The notes under the pieces are model-generated. The model saw only the letters and a list, made by a program, of their open reading frames with translations. It was not told where the DNA came from and searched no databases. The translations under genes and the position numbers were made by a program. Source: Rhodopila sp. (GTDB lineage Bacteria > Pseudomonadota > Alphaproteobacteria > Acetobacterales > Acetobacteraceae). Taken from it: a stretch of DNA of 64,000 nucleotides. The number at the start of each line of letters is the position of its first letter. Position 1 is the stretch's first letter. Positions 52,172 through 62,018 of the stretch are shown in pieces. The stretch lies in NCBI RefSeq assembly GCF_965277825.1, contig NZ_OZ255846.1:352010-416009 (forward strand), given 5' to 3'.

Positions 52172-52858
52172 TCAGGCCGATGTCGGGGACTTGCGACGCC
52201 GGCTTGCCGCCAGTCCCAGCACGCCGGCGCCGAGCAGGGCCAATGAAGCGGGCTCCGGGACGAGGGCAGGATCACCGGTAACCAAGGTCTGCGTGCCCTG
52301 TTGGGAGATCAGCGCGATGACGTTGCCGCCATAGAGGGCTGCCTGCTTCGGGTCGCTCACAACGGTCAGATAATTGCTGATGAGACCGTTCAAGGTGGTG
52401 TTTCCCTGGTAGGTGAAGCTGGGGTATTCGACCTGCCAGATGGCGAGCTGGATCGCAGCCGAGACATTGTTGCTGGCGGTGGCGGGGTTGGCGAGCAGCG
52501 CGTCGCCGTAATTGACCAGCGCCCTGATCTTGCTGATCTGATCGTCGGTCAGTGCAACGGCGGTGGGTGTCGCATTGTTGGTTGTGATCGGGCCGGTGAC
52601 GTAGGCGACGTTCTGGTTGGGGCCGACTTGATCGTCGTGGTAGATGTCGATGCACCAGGCATCGATGGTGCCGATACTGGTCGTCAGCACTTGCTGACCG
52701 ACGTACGCCGTACCCGAGGTGGGTCCGTTGATGGTTAGGATGTCGTTGTATGGCAGCTCGATATCATTGATGGTGAAGGGACCGGCCATGGCTGGGGTGG
52801 CGAGGGCCAACGATACCGCCCCGGTGAGCGCGGCAAGGCCGAGGATTGCAGTCCGCAT
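52172..52858 (-). CDS. PEP-CTERM sorting-domain protein
   Basis: Signal peptide, then C-terminal VPEPASLALLGAGVLGLAASRRRK (PEP motif, TM segment, basic tail). AGGAG lies upstream of ATG 52858. Confidence 0.8.
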   Translation of the reverse strand: MRTAILGLAALTGAVSLALATPAMAGPFTINDIELPYNDILTINGPTSGTAYVGQQVLTTSIGTIDAWCIDIYHDDQVGPNQNVAYVTGPITTNNATPTAVALTDDQISKIRALVNYGDALLANPATASNNVSAAIQLAIWQVEYPSFTYQGNTTLNGLISNYLTVVSDPKQAALYGGNVIALISQQGTQTLVTGDPALVPEPASLALLGAGVLGLAASRRRKSPTSA

Positions 52859-53587
52859 GAGAGTCTCCTGTCGCGAAGCCCATTGCTTCAAGGAAACCAA
52901 TTCAATAAGCGTGCCAAGTTGTTTGTTGGCCGGATTTAGGTTACTTCTGTATGTCTGATCGGTTTTTACTGGTTATGGACATACGAGACGATGCAGAAAG
53001 CCTTTCTCGGCGGGAATTCTTCCGTGCGAGCAGGCTGACGCGGCGCTGCCGCGCTGGTAAAATCGCGGGAGCATTTGCCGTCTTACGGTAGTGTCTGGTG
53101 TGTCTATCTCTTTGTTTCGTTGTATCATTTAGATGAGGGGAACGATCGCGGATGGCGGTCCGGTGTCGAACATTCGTCGGGCGGTCGGTAATTCTTACAC
53201 TGTTTTGATCGACCAAATCGGGTTTACCAACTCGATATTGGCTGAAGTCGGGCGTTTCGTGACACGAAGCAAGCGTGGCTGTGAATGCCGAAAGGGTCTA
53301 GCTCTTTGTTTTGTCGCATGATTCATGGGACTGGAACGTTCCGTTCAACGCGATCATGCTTCAAATCGGCTGGTCCGGAAATGCATGGGTATGGTCAGCC
53401 AAATTTACACCGACGGGTCACCGGGGGCGCCCTGCATCAAGGATTGGCGAATCATCCGGTGCATCAGCAGTTGCGGGCGGAGAATCGGGATCCGTTTTTA
53501 ACTTGGCACGAGCTTGCTGACGATGCTTGATGTTGATTTTGTCATGACTGATCGCCGACCGCTTATTTACATACAGGAGTGTATATC

Positions 53588-54190
53588 ATGCTTCCATTCA
53601 AGAAGACGGCGTTCGCCGGCATAGTGGCCGCTGCCGCATTGAGCGCGTCCTATGCTCCCGCTTCGGCTACGATTTATGATTGGACGTTCAGCGACGCCGC
53701 TGCATCGATCACCGGCAGCGGCCAGTTAACGACCTCGGATACTCCGGACGGCAAGGGCTATGACATCACGTCGATCACCGGCCTATTGGGGGGCGAGACG
53801 GTGACCGGTCTGGTCGGTGGTAATCCAGGTTACAGCACTGGCAACGGGTCTTCTCCGTCGATACTGACGCTTGACGGGCTGTTTTATTACGACAACATCC
53901 TATATGCCGCCGCCAACTCCGACCAAGGCTCGTTGCTCGACAATAGCGGCCTGCTGTTCTCCACGGCGGGTCATGTGGAAGCCAACATATTCGGCAATTT
54001 CTATGACTTCGGATATGCCAGCAGCATTTCAGGGCCAGCCGTCGGCTACGACCACAATGACGGCTCCGGCGCGACGTTCGCCGTTGCCGCGGTTCCTGAG
54101 CCGGCTTCGATAGCTGTCGTCGCCGGCGGGTTGATCGGTCTCGGCGTGATCCGGCGCCCCCAGCGCCGGCTTGCGCAAGCGCGGGTCTGA
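53588..54190 (+). CDS. PEP-CTERM sorting-domain protein
   Basis: Signal peptide, then C-terminal VPEPASIAVVAGGLIGLGVIRRPQRR. AGGAG lies upstream of ATG 53588. Confidence 0.8.
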   Translation: MLPFKKTAFAGIVAAAALSASYAPASATIYDWTFSDAAASITGSGQLTTSDTPDGKGYDITSITGLLGGETVTGLVGGNPGYSTGNGSSPSILTLDGLFYYDNILYAAANSDQGSLLDNSGLLFSTAGHVEANIFGNFYDFGYASSISGPAVGYDHNDGSGATFAVAAVPEPASIAVVAGGLIGLGVIRRPQRRLAQARV

Positions 54191-54347
54191 GTTGCCCGGT
54201 GATCCGGCAGGTCGGGTGGTCCGCTGCGTCTCGGTCGGTGGTGTTGGTCGGACCGAGTTGGCGGTGCGTTCGGTGCGGTTTGCGCCTGCAATGACGACGC
54301 CGACCGGGCCGGCTGGGCAAAACCTTCCGCGCTGCCTTGCTGGTGGG

Positions 54348-56015
54348 TCAGTTCTGCGGGCCGACCAGTCCGCGAGCAATGATCTGGGCCTGAATTTCCG
54401 CGGCGCCTTCAAAGATTGAAAGGATGCGGGCGTCGCAGAGCACGCGGCTGATAGGATACTCGACCGCGTAGCCGTTGCCGCCATGCACCTGCACCGCGCT
54501 GTCGGCGTTCGACCAGGCGACCCTGGCGGCGAGCAGCTTTGCCATCCCGGCCTCGATGTCGCAGCGTTGGCCGCTGTCCTTCTGCCGGGCGGCGAAATAG
54601 GTGAGTTGGCGGGCGAGCATGGTTTCGGTGGCCATCCAGGCAATTTTCCCGCTGACGCGGGGGAACGCCATGATGGGTCGGCCGAACTGGTTGCGTTCGG
54701 TGGCATAGGCGGTGGCGAGTTCCAGGGCGTTCTGAGCCACGCCCAAGGACCGGGCGCCGGTCTGAATGCGGGCGCTTTCGAAGGTCTGCATCAGTTGTTT
54801 GAACCCCTGGCCCTCTTCCCCGCCGAGCAGGGCGGATACCGGGACGCGGAAATCCTCGAACCCAATTTCGTATTCCTTCATGCCGCGATAGCCCAGCACG
54901 CGGATCTCGGTGCCGGTCATACCGGGTGCCGGGAACGGATCGTCGGGTGTTCCGCGCGGTTTGCCGGCGAGCAGCATGGACAGGCCGCGGTAGCCGGCGG
55001 CGGCCGGATCGGTTCTGACAAGCAACGTCATCAGGTCGGACCGTGACCCATGGGTGATCCAGGTCTTGGCGCCGGTGACACGATAGAAGTCGCCGTCGCG
55101 CACCGCGCGGGTTCGCAGGCTGCCGAGATCGGACCCGGTGTTGGGTTCGGTGAACACCGCGGTCGGCAGGATGGCGCCGGAGGCGATGCCCGGCAGCCAC
55201 TGCTGCTTTTGCGCTTCGGTTCCGGCCAGCCCCACGAGTTCGGCGGCGATTTCCGATCGGGTGCCGAGCGAACCGACGCCGATATAGCCGCCGCTGAGCG
55301 CCTCGGACACCACGCACATGGCGATCTTGCCGAGGCCTGAGCCGCCGCGGTCCTCGGGAACGGTCAGGCCGAACACGCCCATCTCGGCCAGTTGCTGGAC
55401 GATTTCGGTGGGGATCAGTTCGTTGCGCTGGTGCCAGGCTTGGGCGTGGGGTGCGATCTCGGCCTCGGCATAGCGGAGGAATTGCTCGCGGATCGCGGCG
55501 ATGGTTCCGTCGGCGATGCCGACATCGCCGAAGGTGCGCAGTGCGGCGGCCTCGACGATGCGGTGGCGCGCGGCGGCCAAGGCGGCGGGGTCGCTGAGTT
55601 CGGCCAGAACCGGATCGCGCAGGAAGGTCCACAGCGCCTCGGGGTCGGTGCCGACGTCGGCGGGGCGGACCATCTCGGTCTGGCTGATGGCGATGCCGCC
55701 GCCCAATTGTGCGAGGTATTCGGCGAAGCCGAGGCGGAGCATGGCGGCCTCGACCGGGGTCAGGGCGTCGGTTTCGCGCAACGTGCGGGCCCAGATCAGG
55801 GTGCGGCGCAGCGCCTCGACATAGGTGGCCTGCCAGGCGAAGCCGTGCGCCGCGAGTTGATGGGCATCGAGAAGTTGCGGGTCGATGCGGCCGTCGCGGA
55901 TCACCGCCGAGGCGACGGCGCGGCGGGAATGGGCGAGCAACTGTTCGGCGAGCGCGAGGCCGCGGTCGCACAGGATCAGGACGGCGTCGAGGTCGGGGGT
56001 GGTTTCGTTGGTCAC
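54348..56015 (-). CDS. acyl-CoA dehydrogenase with a ~170-aa N-terminal extension
   Basis: ACAD core (AVFTEPNTGSDL, ITGAKTWITHG, C-terminal IFEGAAEIQ). GTG 56015 or TTG 56018 lies 12-15 nt after the CoA-transferase stop. The longer ORF would overlap that gene. Confidence 0.85.
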   Translation of the reverse strand: MTNETTPDLDAVLILCDRGLALAEQLLAHSRRAVASAVIRDGRIDPQLLDAHQLAAHGFAWQATYVEALRRTLIWARTLRETDALTPVEAAMLRLGFAEYLAQLGGGIAISQTEMVRPADVGTDPEALWTFLRDPVLAELSDPAALAAARHRIVEAAALRTFGDVGIADGTIAAIREQFLRYAEAEIAPHAQAWHQRNELIPTEIVQQLAEMGVFGLTVPEDRGGSGLGKIAMCVVSEALSGGYIGVGSLGTRSEIAAELVGLAGTEAQKQQWLPGIASGAILPTAVFTEPNTGSDLGSLRTRAVRDGDFYRVTGAKTWITHGSRSDLMTLLVRTDPAAAGYRGLSMLLAGKPRGTPDDPFPAPGMTGTEIRVLGYRGMKEYEIGFEDFRVPVSALLGGEEGQGFKQLMQTFESARIQTGARSLGVAQNALELATAYATERNQFGRPIMAFPRVSGKIAWMATETMLARQLTYFAARQKDSGQRCDIEAGMAKLLAARVAWSNADSAVQVHGGNGYAVEYPISRVLCDARILSIFEGAAEIQAQIIARGLVGPQN

Positions 56016-56029
56016 CAATCGGTCCGTGA

Positions 56030-57244
56030 TCAGCGTTTCGGGCCGGCGACCACGCCGGCATCGTGCAGCCGGGCATACTCGGCGGACGGCAGGCCGAGGA
56101 TTTCGGTGAGTACGGCTTCGGTGTGCTCGCCGAGGCGGGGCGCGGCGGTCGGCCGGCGGCCGGCGGTGGCGGCGAAATTCAATGGCTGGGTGTTGACCAT
56201 CAACGGGCCGACGCCGGGTTGGTGGATATCGCCGAACATGGGGTTGGCCAGGGAGCATAGCGGGTCGTCATGCAGCAACTGGCGGAAATCCTGGTACGGT
56301 CCCCATAACACGCCACTGCCTTGGAACGCGGCGCCGATTTCGGCCAGCGTGTGTTGGGCGAACCATGGTTCGAGCACCGCGGCGATGGCATGACGGGCTT
56401 CGAACCGGCCGCCTTCGGTGTCGAGGTCGACCTGCATCATCGGGCCGATCATGGCGAGGCGTTCGGATAATCCGGTGGCCTTGCCGATGGCGCGCCATTG
56501 CCGGTTGGAAATCGCCGCCAGCATGATGCGCCGGTGATCGGCGGTGGCGAAGTCTCGTCCGAAGGCGCCGTATAGATCGTTGCCCATCGGTGGCCGCACC
56601 GCGTCGTTGATCTGGACGTCGGCGAGGTAGCCCAGGTTGGACACGGTGGCGAGCATCACGTCGGACAGCGCGAGGGTGACTTCCTGGCCTTGGCCGGTTG
56701 CGCGCCGGGCGCGTTCCGCGGCGAGAAAGCCGGTGGACAAATAGAGCGCGGCGGTGACGTCCCAGGCTGGCAGCACGTGGTTGACCGGATTGTCCCCGGT
56801 GCCGGTGGTGAGCGGGAAGCCGCTGGCGGAGTTGACGGTGTAGTCGATCGCGTTGCCGCCGGCCGACGTGCCGGTCAGGCGCGTCATGATCAGGTCGGAG
56901 CGCACCTCGGACAGGGCCTGATAGGTCATCCAGCCGGCGGCGGGCAGGTTGGTCAACAGGTTGCCGCCTCCGGCCCCTGGGGCGCAGATCAGGGCGCGGG
57001 CGAGGTCCTGTCCCTGCGGCGTGTTCAGTGCCAGGGTGACCGAGCGCTTGGCTTTGTTGAGGCTGGCCCAGTACAGGCTGTTGCCGTCGCGGGCCAGCGG
57101 CCAGCGGCCGATGTCGATGTTGCCGCCGATCGCATCGACGCGGATGACGTCGGCGCCGAGCTGGGCCAGCGTCATGCCGCCAAGCGGCGCGGCGACGAAG
57201 GCCGATACCTCGACAATTCGGAGGTCGCTGAGCGGATGAGCCAC
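56030..57244 (-). CDS. CaiB/BaiF family III CoA-transferase
   Basis: LRIVEVSAFVAAPLGGMTLAQLGADVIRVD at the N-terminus; 404 aa. Confidence 0.9.
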   Translation of the reverse strand: MAHPLSDLRIVEVSAFVAAPLGGMTLAQLGADVIRVDAIGGNIDIGRWPLARDGNSLYWASLNKAKRSVTLALNTPQGQDLARALICAPGAGGGNLLTNLPAAGWMTYQALSEVRSDLIMTRLTGTSAGGNAIDYTVNSASGFPLTTGTGDNPVNHVLPAWDVTAALYLSTGFLAAERARRATGQGQEVTLALSDVMLATVSNLGYLADVQINDAVRPPMGNDLYGAFGRDFATADHRRIMLAAISNRQWRAIGKATGLSERLAMIGPMMQVDLDTEGGRFEARHAIAAVLEPWFAQHTLAEIGAAFQGSGVLWGPYQDFRQLLHDDPLCSLANPMFGDIHQPGVGPLMVNTQPLNFAATAGRRPTAAPRLGEHTEAVLTEILGLPSAEYARLHDAGVVAGPKR

Positions 57245-57351
57245 GACGGTCAGGGTCCGCGGACCGGGGTGCGGTGGCGGTTGCCGCTGGTCTGTCGGAC
57301 CGATCGGACTGCATCCGGGATGCCCGAAGGGCGGCTTGGCATGGCGGACAT

Positions 57352-57783
57352 TCAGCGCGCTTTCGCGGTGTCGCGTAAGCCTCGGAGTGCGAGATAGTAG
57401 CCGAACACACCGAAGCCGGTCACCATGCCGAGGCTGACTGTCGCGGTGTCCGACACCGGGCCGCGGCGCACCGGATTGGAGATGTGCACCTCGATCACCG
57501 GGAAGCTGACCTGGCTGATGGCGGCGGTGAGTGCGGGGTAGCCGCGCGAGAAGCCGGCCGGATTAAATAGCGCGCCGTCACAGGCCTGGTCGTTTGCCTG
57601 GTATAGGCGGTTGATGACCTCGCCCTCTATATTGGAGTGGAAGATGTCGACCTGGATATCCAGTTCGGTGGCGTATTGACGGATGTGCTGGTTGTACTGG
57701 TCCAGTGTCATGGTGCCGAAAATCTCGGTTTGGGTTTTGCCGCGCATGTTCATGCCGGCGCCCTGGACAACGAGGATTTTCAT
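57352..57783 (-). CDS. type II 3-dehydroquinate dehydratase-like protein (divergent active site)
   Basis: MKILVVQGAGMNMRGKTQTEIFG ... FHSNIEGE ... FNPAGFSRG ... VIEVHISN shows AroQ-fold motifs, but several canonical catalytic or binding residues are replaced (see findings). AGGAAG lies upstream of ATG 57783. Confidence 0.75.
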   Translation of the reverse strand: MKILVVQGAGMNMRGKTQTEIFGTMTLDQYNQHIRQYATELDIQVDIFHSNIEGEVINRLYQANDQACDGALFNPAGFSRGYPALTAAISQVSFPVIEVHISNPVRRGPVSDTATVSLGMVTGFGVFGYYLALRGLRDTAKAR

Positions 57784-58014
57784 CGCGAAGCTTCCTGTTG
57801 GATCGACACCGGTAGACGGTAGGCGTGCGGTCGGCGGCTGACAAGCGGTTCCGGCCGGGTGTCGATCGATGGGGAGCAGGTGGCGATCGGGGCGGGGATG
57901 CGGGGCTGCGTTCGCTGCATTCGACCGTATGGCTGGTGGGGAAGTTAGGTGCGGCGATGTTCGCATAGTTGTACCCACGGAAGCGGTCGACCCGCGGACG
58001 GGTCGACCAACTCC

Positions 58015-58239
58015 CTACTTACGCGGAACCCGTTTTGGCGACGCCTTGCCAAGCCGGCGGTCCAGCAGCCCAGCCTCGCCATCCGCCTCGAAGCGAACGC
58101 ACCAGCAACGAAACGTCCGTTCGGTGATGCCGAGCAGCTCAGCCGCTTCGATCTGATTAAGTTCGGTCGATCCATAGCGGCCCAAAACACTCCGGAACTT
58201 GATCACTCGCACACCCTGAAGGGCTTCCGTCCAGCGCAT
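58015..58239 (-). mobile_element. orphan N-terminal HTH fragment of an IS transposase/integrase (remnant)
   Basis: 74 aa with LNQIEAAELLGITERTFRCWCVRFEADGEAGLLDRRLGK, typical of the HTH N-termini of IS481/ISNCY-like transposases. No catalytic domain follows. Confidence 0.5.
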
Positions 58240-58351
58240 TCAGGCTCTCTCCAAAGAGCCCAGTATCACCGGACAGATCGTGTCCTACCTAAACCGGACA
58301 TATCGTGTGCTAGGGACATGCGCCCAGCTTTATCAGGCGGAGTAAACCGAG

Positions 58352-59122
58352 ATGAAAATCGCCACCTGGAACGTCAATTCGATCCGCCAGCGCGAAGCCC
58401 ACCTGCAACGCTGGCTGGGTCTATCGCAGCCCGATGTGGTGTTCCTGCAAGAGATCAAGTGCGAGACCGGCGCCTTCCCGCAGCTTCCGTTCCACGCCCT
58501 CGGCTACACCGCCGAGGCGGTCGGGCAGAAGTCCTACAACGGCGTCGCCGTCCTGGCGCGCAGGCCGTTCACGGTGGTTAATCGAGCGCTGCCGGGCCTG
58601 CCGGAAGACGACGGCCAGGCGCGTTACATCGAGATCGAGATCGACGACGTCACGCTGATCGGCGTGTATGCACCGAATGGCAACTCACGCGGCGACGAAG
58701 GGTTCGCATACAAGCTCGCCTGGATGGACCTATTAGCCGATCATGCCCAAGCGTTGCTGGAAGCCGACCGGCCGTTCGTGATCACCGGCGACTTCAATAT
58801 TTGTCCGACGGACGAGGATTTCGCACCGGGGGCGTTGCCGCCGAGCGATGCATTGGTTCGTCCGGAGAGCCGACAGCGCCATCGCCGGATGATCTGGATG
58901 GGACTGACCGACGCGGTTCGGGCGGTGCATCCACACGGAGCGGTTTACACTTTCTGGGACTACCAGGGGGGCGCCTGGCAGCGCGACAGGGGCCTGCGGA
59001 TCGATCACGCCTTGGTCTCGCCGAGCTTGGCGGAGCGGCTTGTTTCAGCCGATCCCGACAAGGACGAACGCGGCCAGCCGCAACCGTCGGACCACGTACC
59101 GGTGACGATCGACCTGCACTGA
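58352..59122 (+). CDS. xthA: exodeoxyribonuclease III
   Basis: MKIATWNVNS, FLQEIK, GDFN, and SDHVPV motifs. Confidence 0.92.
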   Translation: MKIATWNVNSIRQREAHLQRWLGLSQPDVVFLQEIKCETGAFPQLPFHALGYTAEAVGQKSYNGVAVLARRPFTVVNRALPGLPEDDGQARYIEIEIDDVTLIGVYAPNGNSRGDEGFAYKLAWMDLLADHAQALLEADRPFVITGDFNICPTDEDFAPGALPPSDALVRPESRQRHRRMIWMGLTDAVRAVHPHGAVYTFWDYQGGAWQRDRGLRIDHALVSPSLAERLVSADPDKDERGQPQPSDHVPVTIDLH

Positions 59123-59162
59123 CCCGGCTGGTTTTTCACGCTGCAGCTCGGCGACAGAGTCT

Positions 59163-59195
59163 ACCCGCCGGGCCGGTCGCCTGCGGGTATTTTTT
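59163..59195 (+). terminator. rho-independent terminator-like hairpin after xthA
   Basis: acccgc-(14 nt)-gcgggt followed by attttttc. Lies between convergent genes. Confidence 0.55.
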
Positions 59196-59497
59196 CACTC
59201 CCAGTGGGCAGGGCGCCAAATCCAGCGACGCTCCCGTGGACCCCAGATCCAGCGGCCTTGGAGGTAATGCCCGTAATGCGGTCCGCTCTCCACGTAGCGG
59301 CCTGGACGCCACCCGTAGCGAACCCCATCCCACTGCCAGTGCCCCGGCTCCCAGACCATGCGTCCGCCCGGGGGTGGTGGCACCACCTCCTCGCGCGGCG
59401 GTGGGATCGGTGCGTAGGCCGGCGGTGGGGGCGGCTGCGCATTGGCAGTTCCCATAGCAGTCACGCAGACCGCTGCTCCCGCAACGAACCACTTCAT
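59195..59497 (-). CDS. secreted Trp-rich repeat protein (YXWGXW/WxxGxW-like repeats)
   Basis: Signal peptide MKWFVAGAAVCVTAMGTANA, a Pro-rich linker, then W.PGHWQWDGVRYGW.PGRY...GRWIWGP...WIWRPAHW. GAGGAG lies upstream of ATG 59497. Confidence 0.7.
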   Translation of the reverse strand: MKWFVAGAAVCVTAMGTANAQPPPPPAYAPIPPPREEVVPPPPGGRMVWEPGHWQWDGVRYGWRPGRYVESGPHYGHYLQGRWIWGPRERRWIWRPAHWE

Positions 59498-59594
59498 CGC
59501 CAAACTCCTCAAACCCTGCCGAGCGCCGACCTAGCACCGCCATCCGTAACCATGGGTGGAAGAATGTAACAGCCGAACGAAGGCGATTGCCGTA

Positions 59595-61319
59595 CTAGAT
59601 GTCGGCGTAACAATGCGTCTCCGACGCGGTGCCGGGGTGGGTCACCGCACCCAGATGGGCCGGCCCGACCAGTTGGGCATATTTCCAAATTGCGCCCGCG
59701 TTGTAGTCGGTCTTTCTCGATGTCCAGGCCGCCTTGCGCCGCGCCATTTCCGCGTCCGAGACGAACAGGTCGATGGTGCCGTTTTCGGCATCGATGACGA
59801 TCTTGTCGCCGTTCTGCACCAGCGCGATCGGGCCGCCCACCGCCGCCTCCGGTCCGACATGGCCAATGCAGAAGCCGCGGGTGGCACCGGAAAACCGCCC
59901 GTCGGTGATCAGCGCGATCTTCTCGCCCATGCCCTGGCCATAGATCGCGCCTGTTGTAGAAAGCATCTCGCGCATGCCGGGACCACCCTTGGGTCCTTCG
60001 TAGCGGATGATGACAACATCGCCGGCCTTGTAGGCACGCGCTTCGACCGCCGCGAAGGCCGCTTCCTCCGAGTCGAAGCACAGCGCGGTTCCCTCGAACC
60101 GCAGAGCGTGCAGGCCAGCCACTTTCACGATCGCGCCGTCCGGCGCCAGGCTACCCTTCAGGCCCACGACGCCCCCAGTTGGGGATATTGGCCGCGACAC
60201 CGGATAGATCACGTCCTGATCCGTGGGAAACACCACGTCCTTGTGGTTCTCCGCCAGCGTCCGGCCGGTGACGGTCAGACAATCGCCGTGCAACAGACCG
60301 CCGTCCAGCAGGGCCTTGATGATCACCGGAATGCCGCCGACGTTGTGAACGTCGAACGCTACGTATTTACCCCCGGGTTTGAGGTCAGCGATGTAGGGCG
60401 TGCGGCGCATGATCTCGACCACGTCGTCCATGGTGAAGCGAATGCCGGCCTCGTGCGCCATCGCCGGCAGATGCAGGCCGGCATTGGTCGACCCACCAGT
60501 GGCACCGACGACAACCGCGGCATTTTGCAACGCCTTCAAGGTCACGATGTCACGCGGGCGGATCCGCTGCTCGATCAGGTTCATCACCGCGCGCCCTGAC
60601 TCCGCCGCGAACCGGTCGCGCTCCTCATACGGCGCCGGCGAGCCCGCCGAGCCCGGCAGCGCGAGGCCGATGGCCTCGGACACCGTTGCCATGGTGTTGG
60701 CGGTGAACTGGCCGCCGCAGGCTCCGGCCGAGGGACAGGCGGCACATTCCAACTCGTGCAGTTCGGCATCCGACATGCCTCCGGCGGCGTGCATACCGAC
60801 CGCCTCGAACACATCGACGACGGTGACGTCGCGACCTTTGAATTTCCCCGGCAGGATCGATCCGCCATACATGAAGACGCTCGGCACGTTCAGCCGCAAC
60901 ATTGCCATCATCATGCCCGGCAGCGACTTGTCGCATCCGGCCAGGCCCACCAGAGCGTCGTAGCAATGGCCGCGGACGGTCAGTTCCACGCTGTCGGCGA
61001 TCAGATCGCGGGACACCAGGGATGACTTCATCCCCTGATGACCCATGGCGATTCCGTCGGTAACGGTGATGGTAGTGAACTCGCGCGGCGTGCCGCCGGT
61101 TTCCGCAACACCTTTCTTGACCGATTGGGCCTGACGACTCAGCGCGATATTGCAGGGTGCGGCCTCGTTCCAGCAGGTGGCTACGCCCACAAAGGGCTGG
61201 TCAATCTCAGCCTCGGTCAGCCCCATCGCGTAATAGTAGCTGCGATGTGGAGCTCGACTTGGCCCGATCGTCACATGGCGGGACGGCATTCTTGATTTGT
61301 CCCAGCGCTTGATCGGCAT
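59595..61319 (-). CDS. ilvD: dihydroxy-acid dehydratase
   Basis: 574 aa with [27 protein letters not shown] and [11 protein letters not shown] motifs. Confidence 0.95.
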   Translation of the reverse strand: MPIKRWDKSRMPSRHVTIGPSRAPHRSYYYAMGLTEAEIDQPFVGVATCWNEAAPCNIALSRQAQSVKKGVAETGGTPREFTTITVTDGIAMGHQGMKSSLVSRDLIADSVELTVRGHCYDALVGLAGCDKSLPGMMMAMLRLNVPSVFMYGGSILPGKFKGRDVTVVDVFEAVGMHAAGGMSDAELHELECAACPSAGACGGQFTANTMATVSEAIGLALPGSAGSPAPYEERDRFAAESGRAVMNLIEQRIRPRDIVTLKALQNAAVVVGATGGSTNAGLHLPAMAHEAGIRFTMDDVVEIMRRTPYIADLKPGGKYVAFDVHNVGGIPVIIKALLDGGLLHGDCLTVTGRTLAENHKDVVFPTDQDVIYPVSRPISPTGGVVGLKGSLAPDGAIVKVAGLHALRFEGTALCFDSEEAAFAAVEARAYKAGDVVIIRYEGPKGGPGMREMLSTTGAIYGQGMGEKIALITDGRFSGATRGFCIGHVGPEAAVGGPIALVQNGDKIVIDAENGTIDLFVSDAEMARRKAAWTSRKTDYNAGAIWKYAQLVGPAHLGAVTHPGTASETHCYADI

Positions 61320-61706
61320 TGCTGTTTTCCTTTCTCCGGTCTCGAGCCGGGGTTATAGACTCGGCACGAAGCCATGCCAAAGACCGTGACGCCGTTCATC
61401 CAGGTGGGGCCTCGCCAGCACGGGTTTATTGCAGAAGATTTCTCATAACCTGCAGGCCTCTGATGATTGATGGACACGGTCCGCACCGTTTTTGCCGATC
61501 CGTTGCCGGATGTGACCCTATTGACCAGGGCCACGGGACTCCGGTCCGACAGCGAACGCCGGCCTTGGTTTTGCCTAACTTCACGCGCCGTAGATATCCG
61601 GCCCAACGCGATAAAGCGGCTGATAATGACTTTCCGATTGCGATCCGAGTCTGTATCGGCCTTAGATCCCCCCCCGAGCCGGATGATTAAGCAAAGGTCG
61701 CTGTCG

Positions 61707-61889
61707 ATGTATCGCTGTTATTTCACGCAACACGGGCAAGTCGAAGACGGCTACAATCTGGACGTGTCTACACTTGATGCCGCAATTGCCACTGGCCGAA
61801 AAATCCTGGCCGACGAACTAGAGCTGGATCGGTGCAACGGGCTTGAGATCTGGCTGGACCGCGCCTTGCTCTATCGGTTTTCGGCTTGA
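61707..61889 (+). CDS. small hypothetical protein (60 aa)
   Basis: MYRCYFTQHGQVEDGYNLDV...LEIWLDRALLYRF resembles small MYR.YF..-type proteins common in alphaproteobacteria (from memory). Lies in a low-GC stretch. Confidence 0.4.
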   Translation: MYRCYFTQHGQVEDGYNLDVSTLDAAIATGRKILADELELDRCNGLEIWLDRALLYRFSA

Positions 61890-62018
61890 GCAGCAGCTAG
61901 ACCGTAAATCTACTCTTATCGGCTTTTTCGTTACATATTACTTAAAAGTGTGTTGTCGTATCGATCCGCAGATGTCATCTGGGTGACTTCGGTTTCAGCA
62001 CCTGGAGCACGTATCGAA

